Source: a virus (Duplodnaviria; Heunggongvirae; Uroviricota; Caudoviricetes). Taken from it: a stretch of DNA of 64,000 nt. How positions within the stretch are numbered: position 1 is the stretch's first letter; the number at the start of each line of letters is the position of its first letter. The notes beneath the pieces are model-generated. The model did no database searches. It was given only the letters and a program-made list of their open reading frames with translations, and was not told where the DNA came from. Made by a program: the position numbers and the translations under genes. Where the stretch lies: the IMG/VR virus record IMGVR_UViG_3300028797_000098, positions 38,321-102,320 of that record; one strand, 5' to 3'. Of this stretch, positions 16,850-26,938 are shown piece after piece.

Positions 16850-17482
16850 ATGATTGATAAGACTAACGACCCGCATTATCCTGTAATGCCTGGAATGGAA
16901 CTGCCCCATAACATCAAGGTGGAGGTTCATAAAGGCGAATTGGAACATTTGAAGAACCTTGCAGATACTGCACTTTCCGATTTTGCACGTATGGAAGAAG
17001 AAAATGCCACATTAAGGAAGATGATTGCGTCATATCAGCGCGAATCTGCGACCGGTTCCATGTGGATTTCAATGGATGAACGCGAACCTACAGAAGAAGA
17101 TGGTCTTCTTTGTTTGCTATGGGAAGACGGAACTCCGGATGTGGGGCAATACTATAATGATGTTGGTCGGATAGTTACCCATGGCGACCGTTGCCTTGAT
17201 GTGGTAACTGGGGATGAGGGACATTCGATTGAATGGTGGATGCCGGTGCCTCCCCATCCGAACAAAATTAACCCACCGGTTGCGGTTGCTGAGCAGGATC
17301 CTAAGCCGGCATATGTCGTTGTACTGAAAATGATGGATTCTTGGTGCCTGGTGGGCAAGAAGGTGTTCATGCGGAAGGATGATGCGGAGAATTTCTGCAC
17401 ATACGCACAGGATAAGGTGCAAAAAATACTGGATGTGGAAGAGGTCAAGATATTTGACCGATATGAACTGCCGAAGGATTAA
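16850..17482 (+). CDS. hypothetical protein
   Basis: 210-aa ORF. Confidence 0.45.
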   Translation: MIDKTNDPHYPVMPGMELPHNIKVEVHKGELEHLKNLADTALSDFARMEEENATLRKMIASYQRESATGSMWISMDEREPTEEDGLLCLLWEDGTPDVGQYYNDVGRIVTHGDRCLDVVTGDEGHSIEWWMPVPPHPNKINPPVAVAEQDPKPAYVVVLKMMDSWCLVGKKVFMRKDDAENFCTYAQDKVQKILDVEEVKIFDRYELPKD

Positions 17483-17488
17483 ACAGTC

Positions 17489-17512
17489 AGGTTGCCGCAA
17501 GGCAACCTTTTT
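17489..17512 (+). terminator. rho-independent terminator
   Basis: AGGTTGCC-gcaa-GGCAACCT followed by TTTTT. Confidence 0.7.
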
Positions 17513-17523
17513 GCTACATTTGG
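17508..17523 (+). promoter_or_regulatory. promoter element TTTTGCTACATTTGGG
   Basis: Contains TAcaTTTG. 3 nt before the ATG at 17527. Confidence 0.5.
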
Positions 17524-17526
17524 GAC

Positions 17527-18762
17527 ATGAAGATTGAAGAAAAGTACATTTCCGAGACAGTCAAGAAGGGTATCGGCTTGCTCGCCGAAATCCATAAGCG
17601 CGGGCACGAGGCATACATTGCCGGTGGCGCCGTGCGCGACCTCGTAATTCGCCAGTTGCACATGGTGTCGGGTTCCGAAAATGAAGTTCCCGTGCATGAC
17701 GTGGACATCGCGACCAACATGCCCATCGAGGACCTGAAACTTGCCTTCCGCTGCGACTCCAATAACGGGGAAGCGCATGGCACGATCCTGGTCCATTATG
17801 ATGGCCTGGTGTTTGAGGTGACCCAGTTCCGCGTCGATGGCAACTATTCCGACGGTCGCCACCCGGATTCGGTGAATTTCACCAAGTCCTTCAAGGAAGA
17901 CTGCGCCCGGCGTGACTTTACCATTAACGCTATGGGTCTGGACAAGGACCTCAATGTCATCGACTATTTCGGCGGTATTGACGACCTGGTATTCCGTCGT
18001 CTCCGTGCAGTGGGCAACCCGTATGACCGCATGACCGAGGATTCCCTCCGTATCATTCGCGGTATGCGATTTGCCGCCCGTTTCGGTTTCGTGATTGACG
18101 ACCTTACCAAGTTGGCCATGCGCAGCCGCCTGCACCACATCAAGAGCGTGGCGATGGAGCGCATCCATGACGAATTGCACAAGTGTGCCGAGTATGGCGT
18201 GCTGCCTTTCGTGAACATGATTGGGTACCTGTCCGAGTATGGCATCGGATCAATTTTCCAGGATGTCGGCTTCTGCTTTGACCGTCAGCGCATGCTCGTG
18301 GAATCCTTGGTACGCGGAAACGTGGATGCCGATACAATCATGTCGGTATTCATCTGCATGCTGCCGAAGAAGTCCATGGAATGGCTCCGCTGCACCCGTA
18401 AGGAAATCCGCATGGCCGAGCGCATCAGGGATGGCCTGATTGGCATCATGTCCGGAAAGTTCGGTCTTGCCGATGAGCAGTTGCTCTATTCCGTTGAACT
18501 GGCCGCTTCCCCGGAATTCAGGCTCATTACCAACCTGTACCGCGAACTGAACCCGTATGGTACCGCCCTGGGTGATGGTGCGGCGACGATATGCGATGTC
18601 ATTGCGCGTTGCAGGAAGGGCGTACCCGAATACGGAAAGCAGGTTGCCGCGGAAGGTATCCAGGAAGGACCGGAATTTGGCAAGCGCCTGCGGGAAGTCA
18701 TCCTCGCCGACTACAAGAGAATCAAGGATGAGTGGGACAAATCAATGAACAGGATGTGGTAA
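17527..18762 (+). CDS. cca: tRNA nucleotidyltransferase (CCA-adding enzyme)
   Basis: Class II head domain GGAVRDLVI...DVDIAT, then RIIRGMRFAARFGF. Confidence 0.75.
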   Translation: MKIEEKYISETVKKGIGLLAEIHKRGHEAYIAGGAVRDLVIRQLHMVSGSENEVPVHDVDIATNMPIEDLKLAFRCDSNNGEAHGTILVHYDGLVFEVTQFRVDGNYSDGRHPDSVNFTKSFKEDCARRDFTINAMGLDKDLNVIDYFGGIDDLVFRRLRAVGNPYDRMTEDSLRIIRGMRFAARFGFVIDDLTKLAMRSRLHHIKSVAMERIHDELHKCAEYGVLPFVNMIGYLSEYGIGSIFQDVGFCFDRQRMLVESLVRGNVDADTIMSVFICMLPKKSMEWLRCTRKEIRMAERIRDGLIGIMSGKFGLADEQLLYSVELAASPEFRLITNLYRELNPYGTALGDGAATICDVIARCRKGVPEYGKQVAAEGIQEGPEFGKRLREVILADYKRIKDEWDKSMNRMW

Positions 18763-19160
18763 TCGTGGCAAAACCTACATGGACAGAAATTAGTGAGTTC
18801 AAGGACTGGATGGTCGAGCGCGGTTATGAAACCGACCGTGACCGCACCCGTTTCAAGAAGGGAAAGGACGGGATTGCCTTGGAATTCTGGATTGGCGAGT
18901 GTGCCAACGGTTCATTCAAGTGCCTCAATGCGCAGGTTCAACTGAATTTCGTTGACACATGGTTTCATACTGCCGGCATATTCCGTACCGGGGCGTTCAT
19001 GCCGTGCAAGACACTCTCGCATGAGTATGTGCTCATGTGCGAACTCCAGCACCGCAAGATTGAACTGGAAACCGAATCCTTCTTCGCCAAGGCAAATAAC
19101 CTGATTGCCGAAACGACCGATGAAATCAAGAAAATTAACCGCGGAGCACAGAATGCCTAA
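18732..19160 (+). CDS. hypothetical protein
   Basis: 142-aa ORF that overlaps both neighbours. Confidence 0.4.
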   Translation: MGQINEQDVVIVAKPTWTEISEFKDWMVERGYETDRDRTRFKKGKDGIALEFWIGECANGSFKCLNAQVQLNFVDTWFHTAGIFRTGAFMPCKTLSHEYVLMCELQHRKIELETESFFAKANNLIAETTDEIKKINRGAQNA

Positions 19161-19992
19161 CGACAACAGAAAGTACAACATCGGCATCTTCGAGAACACG
19201 ATGGGCAAGATCAACGATGACCCTATGCTTGGGGATATCATCAAGAATTCCATCTTGAACCAGGTGTTCCACCTGAAACCGGTGGACATCAAGTCCATCG
19301 CCCCGATTTACGACGAGGATTGCCCGGTTACGGTCTCCCGCGACCGTTCGATTGACAGCGCGTTGAGGTGGAAGAAGGCCATTCCCGGTGGAAAGGTGGC
19401 CGTCCTCAACTTTGCGAGCGCGACCCGTCCCGGTGGTGGTGTGGTTACTGGCTCCTCTGCCCAGGAAGAGTGCATCTGCCGTTGCACCACGCTCTACCCG
19501 TGCCTTACGACCCAGGAAGCGGATATCCGTTTCTATGACCCACACCGCAAGAACGTGGGCCCGTTGCACAACGACGACATCATCTATACGCCGAATGTCG
19601 CAATTCTCCGTAACGATGATTACGACTGGCTCCCTGAGCCGGTGTTCATCGACGTGATTACCTGCGCCGCGCCCAACCTGCGCGAGAAGAACATTTCCAA
19701 GTACAACCAGGAGCGCGAACCGGCACCGGATATTTCTCCCGAGGAATTGAAGGCACTCCATGTGTCCCGTGCCCGTCAGATTTTGAACTCCGCGGCGCAG
19801 CAGTTTGCGGATGTGGTCATCCTCGGCGCGTTCGGGTGCGGTGCCTTCCGTAATGACCCGGAAGTTGTCGCGGCTGCCTACAAGGAAGTCGTGCCGGAAT
19901 TCCGTAAGCGTTTCAAGGCAATCGAGTTTGCCGTATATTGCCGTGGAGCGGACACCGAAAACTTTGAAGCGTTCCAGAAGGTGTTCGGATGA
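19153..19992 (+). CDS. macro-domain-like protein, TIGR02452/DUF2263 (microbial PARG-like)
   Basis: VLNFASATRPGGGVVTGSSAQEECICRCTTLYPCL and FGCGAFRNDP resemble DUF2263. Confidence 0.55.
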   Translation: MPNDNRKYNIGIFENTMGKINDDPMLGDIIKNSILNQVFHLKPVDIKSIAPIYDEDCPVTVSRDRSIDSALRWKKAIPGGKVAVLNFASATRPGGGVVTGSSAQEECICRCTTLYPCLTTQEADIRFYDPHRKNVGPLHNDDIIYTPNVAILRNDDYDWLPEPVFIDVITCAAPNLREKNISKYNQEREPAPDISPEELKALHVSRARQILNSAAQQFADVVILGAFGCGAFRNDPEVVAAAYKEVVPEFRKRFKAIEFAVYCRGADTENFEAFQKVFG

Positions 19993-20519
19993 TCGATTGC
20001 AAAGGTAATACTCTCGAAGCAATCGAGAAGGACTGTTCCCAACCGGGGTGGTATGCTATCTATTCGGATGGGCGCCCCAATGAGGCCGTATCTCCTGCCG
20101 TAATCGCCCAGGCGCGGCTCATTCAGCCGTTTGTCCCCATCGAAATGGAGCTTTTCCCGTGTCCGGACGGTTCCGTACAGTGGGAAGATGCCGACCATAC
20201 CCTCGAAGTGTATGCCGACAAGTTCAAGTACGATGACGAGGAAGTGTCCTTCGGGGATGCGGTTGAAAAATTGAAGGCTCTTGATTACAATGAGCGCGAG
20301 TTCAAGCTGGAACTTACGTTTCCAAAGGAATTCCGCGAACATTTCCAGCGTGACCAGTTCAAGGACTCGCTTGGGAGGCTCGCGTTCGATGCACGGGAGC
20401 TCTTCAAGGAAAAGATGCTGCACAAGCCGAATACGCTGTGCACGTTGAGTGGTCTTGAAGAGGTTGAACTCATTGAGAAAATCAGGGATGCGGTCGCGTC
20501 CGGGAGGATAGTCAAGTGA
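19989..20519 (+). CDS. hypothetical protein
   Basis: 176-aa ORF. ATGA overlap with the upstream gene. Confidence 0.45.
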   Translation: MIDCKGNTLEAIEKDCSQPGWYAIYSDGRPNEAVSPAVIAQARLIQPFVPIEMELFPCPDGSVQWEDADHTLEVYADKFKYDDEEVSFGDAVEKLKALDYNEREFKLELTFPKEFREHFQRDQFKDSLGRLAFDARELFKEKMLHKPNTLCTLSGLEEVELIEKIRDAVASGRIVK

Positions 20520-20761
20520 TTGAATGGATCCAGGATAACAAGTGGCGCATCGTAATCCCGGAAGGGACGATGCACAAGTTCCGCGTTGACAACAAGCCGT
20601 ATGTTGTGAACCTCATGTGCAACAGTTTCAATGCGTTCCGCAACTATCTGCAGACAGGACGCCTTGGCTTGTTCGATGGCCTGTCCGCAAAGGATTGGGA
20701 AACTGTAAGGAAGATAGCCATCGGCAGGCGGGACATTCCGTTGAAAGTCAACCTTGCGTAA
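20516..20761 (+). CDS. hypothetical protein
   Basis: 81 aa, GTG start overlapping the upstream stop. Confidence 0.35.
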   Translation: MIEWIQDNKWRIVIPEGTMHKFRVDNKPYVVNLMCNSFNAFRNYLQTGRLGLFDGLSAKDWETVRKIAIGRRDIPLKVNLA

Positions 20762-20771
20762 GATTTAACAT

Positions 20772-20800
20772 AATGCGGTTTCCAAATGACCGCATTTTTG
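20772..20800 (+). terminator. rho-independent terminator
   Basis: AATGCGGT-ttccaaatga-CCGCATT followed by TTTT. Confidence 0.6.
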
Positions 20801-20810
20801 CTATATTTTG
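20795..20810 (+). promoter_or_regulatory. promoter element TTTTTGCTATATTTTG
   Basis: 3 nt before the ATG at 20814. Confidence 0.5.
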
Positions 20811-20813
20811 AAC

Positions 20814-22160
20814 ATGAACGATAATAGCGAAATTTTCAAGAATAACATCCCGGAACTCCCGCCGTTCTCGAAGGAACTCGAACGGTACTGGCAGGAACAG
20901 GTAACCAACGGTGCCATGTCCGAAACCGAGAAGAGGGTCCATGAAAAGGGTATCCTCCTCATCAAGGTGGCCGCGGGTTCGCAGTCGTTCGGTCTTGCCA
21001 CCGAGACTTCCGATGTGGACATTCACGGTGTGTATATCCTGAAATGGAGCGAGCGCATCAAGCACGATGCCCCGAGCCAGATTGCCGACGAGAAGAACAA
21101 CGAGGTCTACTGGGACATCACGAAGTTCCTTACCGAGTTGAACTCCGCCAATCCCCAGGCCCTCGAAATGCTCTATGCTCCGAAGCATTGCGTATTTGTG
21201 GGCCAGTCTATCCTCGAAATCCTCCGAAAGAAATTTGACTTCCTCACCATGCGTTGTGACAAGTCGTTCTGCGAGTATGCCCGTGGCCAGGTTGACCGTG
21301 CGAAGGGCCTGAACAAGAAGGTATTCGATCCGCAGCCGGAGAGGCGCCCGCGTTTCGTCGATTTCATCTATGTCCTCGATGGCAACCTCGCCACTCCCCT
21401 CATGGAATGGATTAAGGCCAATTATCGCGGCAAGCCGGAAGAAGTCCAGCGTTGGTTCTCCATCGCCCGGATCGACCATGGCGATTGCATCTACGCGGTG
21501 TATTTCCAGAAGAAGCCGCTGTCCATCAGTATCCACAAATTCGTCCGGAAATGTCTCTCCAAGGTATTCAAGGGTGTCCGTCAGCTTCCCGAGCACAAGT
21601 GGCGTTGGGGCTATGGTGTCGTCCGTGACATCGAGCGCAGCGATGATATCCAACTCAACTCCATCCCAAAGGGTTTGAGCTCCGTTGCCCATATCTTCGT
21701 GAACCGCAACGACTTTGCACGTAAATGCAAGAAGTGGCACGAGTATTGGGATTGGGTCAAGTCCCGTAACGAGGAACGCTACAACACCACGTTGAAGCAT
21801 GGCCAAGGCTACGATGCGAAGAACATCATGCACTGTGTCCGTCTGCTCCTTACCGCTTACGGTATCGCCACCGAGCATACCGTCCCGGTCTACCGCGCTG
21901 ATAAGGATTTGTGCAACATGGTCTGTATGGATTACAACAAGCACCCGTACAGCAATGACCGCGATTTCCTCCTTGCAATCAAGAATGGTGACTGGACGTT
22001 TGACGACATCATCGACTATATCGGTGCACTTGGCAAGGAAGTTAACAAGGCTTTTGCCGCATCCGGATTAAAGGAAAAGGCCTATACGCCGGAAGAAATC
22101 GACGAGTTTGCAGTCGAACTCTCTAAAAATATCCTTCCGATGGAATGGAAGAATTTTTAA
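20814..22160 (+). CDS. Pol-beta-superfamily nucleotidyltransferase
   Basis: GSQSFGLATETSDVDIHGVY is the G[SG]x9-13Dx[DE] motif. ATG at 20814 preferred over the TTG at 20808 used by the track. Confidence 0.5.
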   Translation: MNDNSEIFKNNIPELPPFSKELERYWQEQVTNGAMSETEKRVHEKGILLIKVAAGSQSFGLATETSDVDIHGVYILKWSERIKHDAPSQIADEKNNEVYWDITKFLTELNSANPQALEMLYAPKHCVFVGQSILEILRKKFDFLTMRCDKSFCEYARGQVDRAKGLNKKVFDPQPERRPRFVDFIYVLDGNLATPLMEWIKANYRGKPEEVQRWFSIARIDHGDCIYAVYFQKKPLSISIHKFVRKCLSKVFKGVRQLPEHKWRWGYGVVRDIERSDDIQLNSIPKGLSSVAHIFVNRNDFARKCKKWHEYWDWVKSRNEERYNTTLKHGQGYDAKNIMHCVRLLLTAYGIATEHTVPVYRADKDLCNMVCMDYNKHPYSNDRDFLLAIKNGDWTFDDIIDYIGALGKEVNKAFAASGLKEKAYTPEEIDEFAVELSKNILPMEWKNF

Positions 22161-22178
22161 ACAAAAAGGAAAGAAAAA

Positions 22179-22613
22179 ATGAAAGAAGAAACAATCACCG
22201 TCCAATATCGTTCCCCAGAAACCGCCCGTATCACCATTCGCGAAAAGGGTGACTGGATTGATCTTACTGCCGACGAAGATGTGGAAATCAAGCAAGGTGA
22301 ACTTAAGCTCATTCATCTTGGCGTGGCAATGAAGCTTCCAGAAGGATATGAAGCGCATCTTGCTCCGCGTTCTTCCACCCTCAAGAACTTCGGTGTTCTC
22401 CAGGCAAACTCTGTTGGTGTCGTAGACAACTCCTATTGTGGCCCTAATGACTGGTGGCGCTTCCCTGCATATGCTACCCGCGATACGGTAATCAAGCGCG
22501 GTGAACGCATCTGCCAGTTCCGCATCATGGAGAAGCAGCCGAAAATCAACATTGTTGAAGGCCAGATGGTTGATAAGGACCGTGGTGGCTTCGGCTCTAC
22601 CGGAACCAAGTAA
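22179..22613 (+). CDS. dut: dUTP diphosphatase (trimeric dUTPase)
   Basis: AGLDL-like motif, [14 protein letters not shown]-terminal GGFGSTG. Confidence 0.8.
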   Translation: MKEETITVQYRSPETARITIREKGDWIDLTADEDVEIKQGELKLIHLGVAMKLPEGYEAHLAPRSSTLKNFGVLQANSVGVVDNSYCGPNDWWRFPAYATRDTVIKRGERICQFRIMEKQPKINIVEGQMVDKDRGGFGSTGTK

Positions 22614-22628
22614 TAAGAAGATTAAACC

Positions 22629-23048
22629 ATGAAACTTTCTACTTTTATTTTCATCACTTCGTTCCTTGATGGCTTGGATGACCTTTTCAAGGTCTTGGCT
22701 ACCGTGGCATTCTTTGGTGCGATTATCGCATTTGTCATGTTCGTTATCTGGAAGGGTGCAAAGGATTCCGGAAGCCAACGGGATGTGGAAGAAATTGAAC
22801 CATGGATTAAGTTCATGCGAGTCCAATATTGGTTACCGGCATTCCTGTTCTTTTCCATCCTTGCTTCTGCAATTCCGCCGAAGACGGAAATGTACGCCAT
22901 GTATGGTTCTGAAATCGTGTCTAAGCTTGCCGATTCTGCCAATTTGCAGCAGGCTGGCAAGGATACACAGGAAATTGTCCACAGTCTCTCCATTATCTTG
23001 AAGGGTGCTGCGGATGAAGTCGAAAAGCCGAACCAGCAAAAGAAATAA
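22629..23048 (+). CDS. membrane protein
   Basis: Two predicted TM helices (TFIFITSFL..., FFGAIIAFVMFVIW, LPAFLFFSILASAI). Confidence 0.45.
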   Translation: MKLSTFIFITSFLDGLDDLFKVLATVAFFGAIIAFVMFVIWKGAKDSGSQRDVEEIEPWIKFMRVQYWLPAFLFFSILASAIPPKTEMYAMYGSEIVSKLADSANLQQAGKDTQEIVHSLSIILKGAADEVEKPNQQKK

Positions 23049-23068
23049 CCGGTTGCCAAATGCAACAG

Positions 23069-23084
23069 TAATTGCTATATATTG
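23069..23084 (+). promoter_or_regulatory. promoter element TAATTGCTATATATTG
   Basis: Preceded by the GGTTGC-caaa-TGCAAC hairpin. The 840-aa gene starts about 195 nt downstream. Confidence 0.4.
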
Positions 23085-23278
23085 AATAACGGCTAGGCGG
23101 CCCCTTGCGCGGCTGACTGGCTGGATTGAACGAAGAGGATTTGGATGGGACGTGTGTCGGCCCTCACCGCAAGGTGGTCAGCGGCTGGCGCGTGTTCTTG
23201 AAAGGTCCTTGGAGGCTGCGGTCGAGCAGGGGGACGCCCCTGTAAGGCCGCAGTTTCTGTTTTTTAAAGAGAGTAACG

Positions 23279-25801
23279 ATGCTACCGAACGAAACTGCAC
23301 ATGGTTCAGAAGGCGATGCCTACCGCTACACCAAGAAGGTCCTGATGGCCCTACCCAACAGGGGGCGGCTGCAGACTATCTATGAGGAAATTGCCCAGAA
23401 AAGGGGGATTTCTTCCTGGACCCGTGCAGCATACCAGGAGGTCCGTACCCACTTTTTCAGGGACGGACAGTGCAAGATCCGTTTCGCGCCGGGTGCCGCA
23501 AGAATTGCGTTTGGCGAATTGTCGCTTGGTACAGGTGATGAAGAACCGGGGCCGATTGGCCGTCTTCATGACATAATTCGCATTATTTCCATTGCCCATT
23601 CGAGTGAGTATGACCGTTATCTTGGTATTGACGGTAGACGCCCGTCATTCAAGGAACTTGATGAAATATATGGCCAGAGGATAGCCAAGCAATGGAGCGC
23701 GATGCGACGCATGCTCCGCAGACGGAAGTATGGACAGAGACGTTATGAGATAATCCCTCTTGATGAATTTGAAACGGCGAACAAATATGCCGAATACACC
23801 CAGCCGCATGTGTGGTGCCACCTCAATTCACAGAGCATGTTTGACCATTATCGGATGGCCAGTGCCGGGGATAAGAAGCTGCCGGTGAAACTTTACCTGG
23901 CCGTTCTTCCTGGTTTCGAGAATTTGACCGAAAGCGATGAACTGTATGGCGAATCCATGCTGGGTATCGACATCGGGCCCGGTGGCCGTCTAGTCCATGT
24001 GAATAACCGGTGGAACCATGCCCATGACAATGTGGATGTCCGCAAGGGCGACAACAAGTACGACGAGGTTGAACTTTCGGACTTGCTTGGTGGCCCATTC
24101 TTTGAACTATGCCCACCCTATGGGCATGATACATATCGTGAGCTGGCGGTCCGCATGCGCGAGGAGCGACTTACAAACAATGCCAAGGTGATTGCTGATA
24201 GGAAGAAGATTACTAAGAGTATATGCCTTGGCAAGAACCGCATTCGCCGGTCCGGAACATTCACTGACAAGAGGGATGGCAAGACCTACCGTACGGAGAC
24301 TATTGGAGGCAGGACGTGGATGGCCGAACCACTCAAGTACTCTCCAACGAAAATTCCGGAAATTCCGGCAAATCTGAAAAAACTGGAAACCATACTATGC
24401 CCCGTACGCCCGGAAATCAAGGTATTCCTTCCGATCCTGTGTGTTACCCGCACAGAAGAAGGACTGACATGTTCGATTGACTGGCAACATCCTGCCGATG
24501 CTGAGACGGCAAATGTCATAACGCATGAATGCAATGGCCGGGTTAATGATTCGGTGTATGTTCACCATGATATGCCGAATAACTATGTGGTAAAGACTTC
24601 CTCCAGATGCTATGTTAGTATGGGTGGCAACATAGATGTGTATGATGCGATATATAACGTGTTTCTTGAAGGGGTCAAGATAGGCGATACCATCATCGAT
24701 GGCTCTTTATTAGAGGACTTGTCGTCATGTCTTGATTTTGGCCAGGCTGACAACTACTGGGCACAAGTGCGTGATGAACGTGAGCGAACCGTGCGTGATG
24801 CACTGGAGAAAGCGAACCTCCCGCATGACGAGACGAGTGTTACAGTTGTTACCGATATGCTTGTTAAGGAATATACCAATGGCCGGGGTATTGGGGAGTT
24901 TAGGATAACCGACCAGGTAGGCAACTCCGGCACATATGGCCGAGCGTCACTTATATTATTGACCCATTCCAACACGCCGCATTCGCGTAACTATTTACAG
25001 TTTGGTAAGGCAAGGGAACTCGTCACATATAGATACAAGGCGGATGCTTTAACCCCGGAGACGGAAGCGATTATACGCGCTCTCAATCCGTCCATTACCG
25101 TCAGCGTGACGGCTGAAGATGGTTCGCGGGGTGTATTGTATTCGCATGCGGATATCAAGGAGACCATACCGGACGGCTGGCACTTGCCAACCATTGATGA
25201 CCTGTATCGCCTGTATTCGGCGTTGGGTGGAAAGGTTATTCGAAGCGGTGCTGGAAATTGCAACAAAATATGCTCCAATTCCTGGTCTAATGGCCGTGCG
25301 TTTACCATGTGCGGTGTCAGGATACCGAAACAATTACATAAGGATGATTCATATCCATCTCTGTATATTACGACTGACCAGGGAAGGTGCGACATAGTTC
25401 ACAGTAACGAGGATGAGGATGATGAAATCCGGGAAACTGGAAAGAGTGCGCCGGATATCATGCGGGACTTGATGGGGTTTGGTTCATTGGTTAAAATTGC
25501 TGGCCAAGACACCGGGTTTATTCAAAATTCAACATTTGGCAATGTGGCCCCGTTTGTGTCGCAGGAAGTATGTATCACGGACTTGCTTGACACTGATGGG
25601 AACGTGAAAACGCAGATTCATTGGTTTAGGTCGGCAAGGGTTGATCTTGTTGGCGACCAGCTCATAATGCACACTGAGACCGAACGGCAAGAAGAGAGAC
25701 TTATGGTCGGCGATGGGCAGTACATTACCGACGAGGGCTTCATACAGTACAACAAGTTTACAAACTCCCGCAGACGGTTTTTGTTCCTGGTGAAGGACTA
25801 G
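23279..25801 (+). CDS. large protein with a Fib_succ_major (TIGR02145-like) domain
   Basis: FTDKRDGKTYRTETIGGRTWMAEPL and PDGWHLPTIDDLYRLYSALGG match the Fibrobacter succinogenes major paralogous domain consensus. Confidence 0.6.
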   Translation: MLPNETAHGSEGDAYRYTKKVLMALPNRGRLQTIYEEIAQKRGISSWTRAAYQEVRTHFFRDGQCKIRFAPGAARIAFGELSLGTGDEEPGPIGRLHDIIRIISIAHSSEYDRYLGIDGRRPSFKELDEIYGQRIAKQWSAMRRMLRRRKYGQRRYEIIPLDEFETANKYAEYTQPHVWCHLNSQSMFDHYRMASAGDKKLPVKLYLAVLPGFENLTESDELYGESMLGIDIGPGGRLVHVNNRWNHAHDNVDVRKGDNKYDEVELSDLLGGPFFELCPPYGHDTYRELAVRMREERLTNNAKVIADRKKITKSICLGKNRIRRSGTFTDKRDGKTYRTETIGGRTWMAEPLKYSPTKIPEIPANLKKLETILCPVRPEIKVFLPILCVTRTEEGLTCSIDWQHPADAETANVITHECNGRVNDSVYVHHDMPNNYVVKTSSRCYVSMGGNIDVYDAIYNVFLEGVKIGDTIIDGSLLEDLSSCLDFGQADNYWAQVRDERERTVRDALEKANLPHDETSVTVVTDMLVKEYTNGRGIGEFRITDQVGNSGTYGRASLILLTHSNTPHSRNYLQFGKARELVTYRYKADALTPETEAIIRALNPSITVSVTAEDGSRGVLYSHADIKETIPDGWHLPTIDDLYRLYSALGGKVIRSGAGNCNKICSNSWSNGRAFTMCGVRIPKQLHKDDSYPSLYITTDQGRCDIVHSNEDEDDEIRETGKSAPDIMRDLMGFGSLVKIAGQDTGFIQNSTFGNVAPFVSQEVCITDLLDTDGNVKTQIHWFRSARVDLVGDQLIMHTETERQEERLMVGDGQYITDEGFIQYNKFTNSRRRFLFLVKD

Positions 25802-25816
25802 TTGCCACCTTCTGCC

Positions 25817-25836
25817 CATTTTGCTACATTTTGGGT
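25817..25836 (+). promoter_or_regulatory. promoter element CATTTTGCTACATTTTGGG
   Basis: Immediately upstream of the ATG at 25837. Confidence 0.5.
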
Positions 25837-26661
25837 ATGAATCCTAATATCAACAAGGCAATAGACATTTTCAACTCGGAACATCCGGTCTCGACCATCC
25901 TCGAAAACCGAGATTTCTTCCCGTTCATCGAAAATGAAATGATGGGGGTCGCCCATCCGAAGGTACACTGCGAGGGTGACGTGTGGGACCATACCGCCCT
26001 CGTAATCAAGAATTTACGCGATGGCCATGACTGGGTGGACGTGATGATTGCCCTGTTCCACGATGCCGGCAAGAAGCGTGCACTCGAAAAGAACGAGGGC
26101 AAGAACATGGCCGGACATGAACTTTACAGCCTGGATGTGTTCAACGAATGGATCCGAAACGAGGTTGGTGGGGTCATCCCCAATATCGTCCCGCTTCACT
26201 GGGTCATCGAGAACCACATGAACGCCCTGGTCCTCGGTGAAATGAAGTCCAGGTTCCGCATCATGCAGATTGTGACCCACCAGTGGTTCCCTAGGCTCCA
26301 TACATTGGCCGATGCCGACTGCAAGGCAACCATCGGCGAGGATGGCAAGCCCGTGCATGACTTCATGCGGGAAGTGCTGCTTTCACCCAAGGTGTCGCGA
26401 TGGGTTGGCCAGTGCGCCCCGGCGCCCATTGCCAACGAGAATGACTTCTACGAGGCGGATGTCCCGCTGAATTTCACCCGTGCGGCAGTGGAGTTCGGCC
26501 TGAAACTGCAGGTCAACGGGAACATCACTGACCGTCAGCATATTATCAACGGCGTGCTTGGTGACAAGGCATTCAGGCAGACCATTACCGACTGGCACGA
26601 AAAGTGTGACCAGTGGGTTGAAAATTTGAAGAAGGAATTTCCGGATGACGACTTACATTGA
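25837..26661 (+). CDS. HD-domain phosphohydrolase
   Basis: H...HD motif (MIALFHDAGK). ATG preferred over the TTG at 25831. Confidence 0.55.
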   Translation: MNPNINKAIDIFNSEHPVSTILENRDFFPFIENEMMGVAHPKVHCEGDVWDHTALVIKNLRDGHDWVDVMIALFHDAGKKRALEKNEGKNMAGHELYSLDVFNEWIRNEVGGVIPNIVPLHWVIENHMNALVLGEMKSRFRIMQIVTHQWFPRLHTLADADCKATIGEDGKPVHDFMREVLLSPKVSRWVGQCAPAPIANENDFYEADVPLNFTRAAVEFGLKLQVNGNITDRQHIINGVLGDKAFRQTITDWHEKCDQWVENLKKEFPDDDLH

Positions 26662-26935
26662 TAAGAAGCATCGCGTCAAGAAGATTGACGACTGGTGGAT
26701 ACCACAGTGGAAGCATGGCTGGTTTATATTTGGTTACTGGATCCGTTATAGGCTGATGGTAGCCGAGTTTGCCATGGGTGCTTTTGAAATGTATTCCGAA
26801 TCATGGCGAGAAGTGAAGTTTAAATCGGAAAAAGACGCGATTCAGTTCGTTAAAACTGCCATTGAACGGGGATATAAAGGCACATATTATGTTAAATTTG
26901 ATGAATCTTACCCAGCCGGGATAAAGAATTGGTAA
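26645..26935 (+). CDS. hypothetical protein
   Basis: 96-aa ORF. Confidence 0.4.
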   Translation: MTTYIDKKHRVKKIDDWWIPQWKHGWFIFGYWIRYRLMVAEFAMGAFEMYSESWREVKFKSEKDAIQFVKTAIERGYKGTYYVKFDESYPAGIKNW

Positions 26936-26938
26936 ATT

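Noticed and set aside
19135-20022. 295-aa minus-strand ORF
   Set aside because: Antisense to the DUF2263/macro gene.
20748-21944. 398-aa minus-strand ORF
   Set aside because: Lies entirely antisense to the nucleotidyltransferase gene, which has a clear G-S-x-D-x-D motif. It has no recognisable motifs and no promoter or SD, so it is a shadow ORF.
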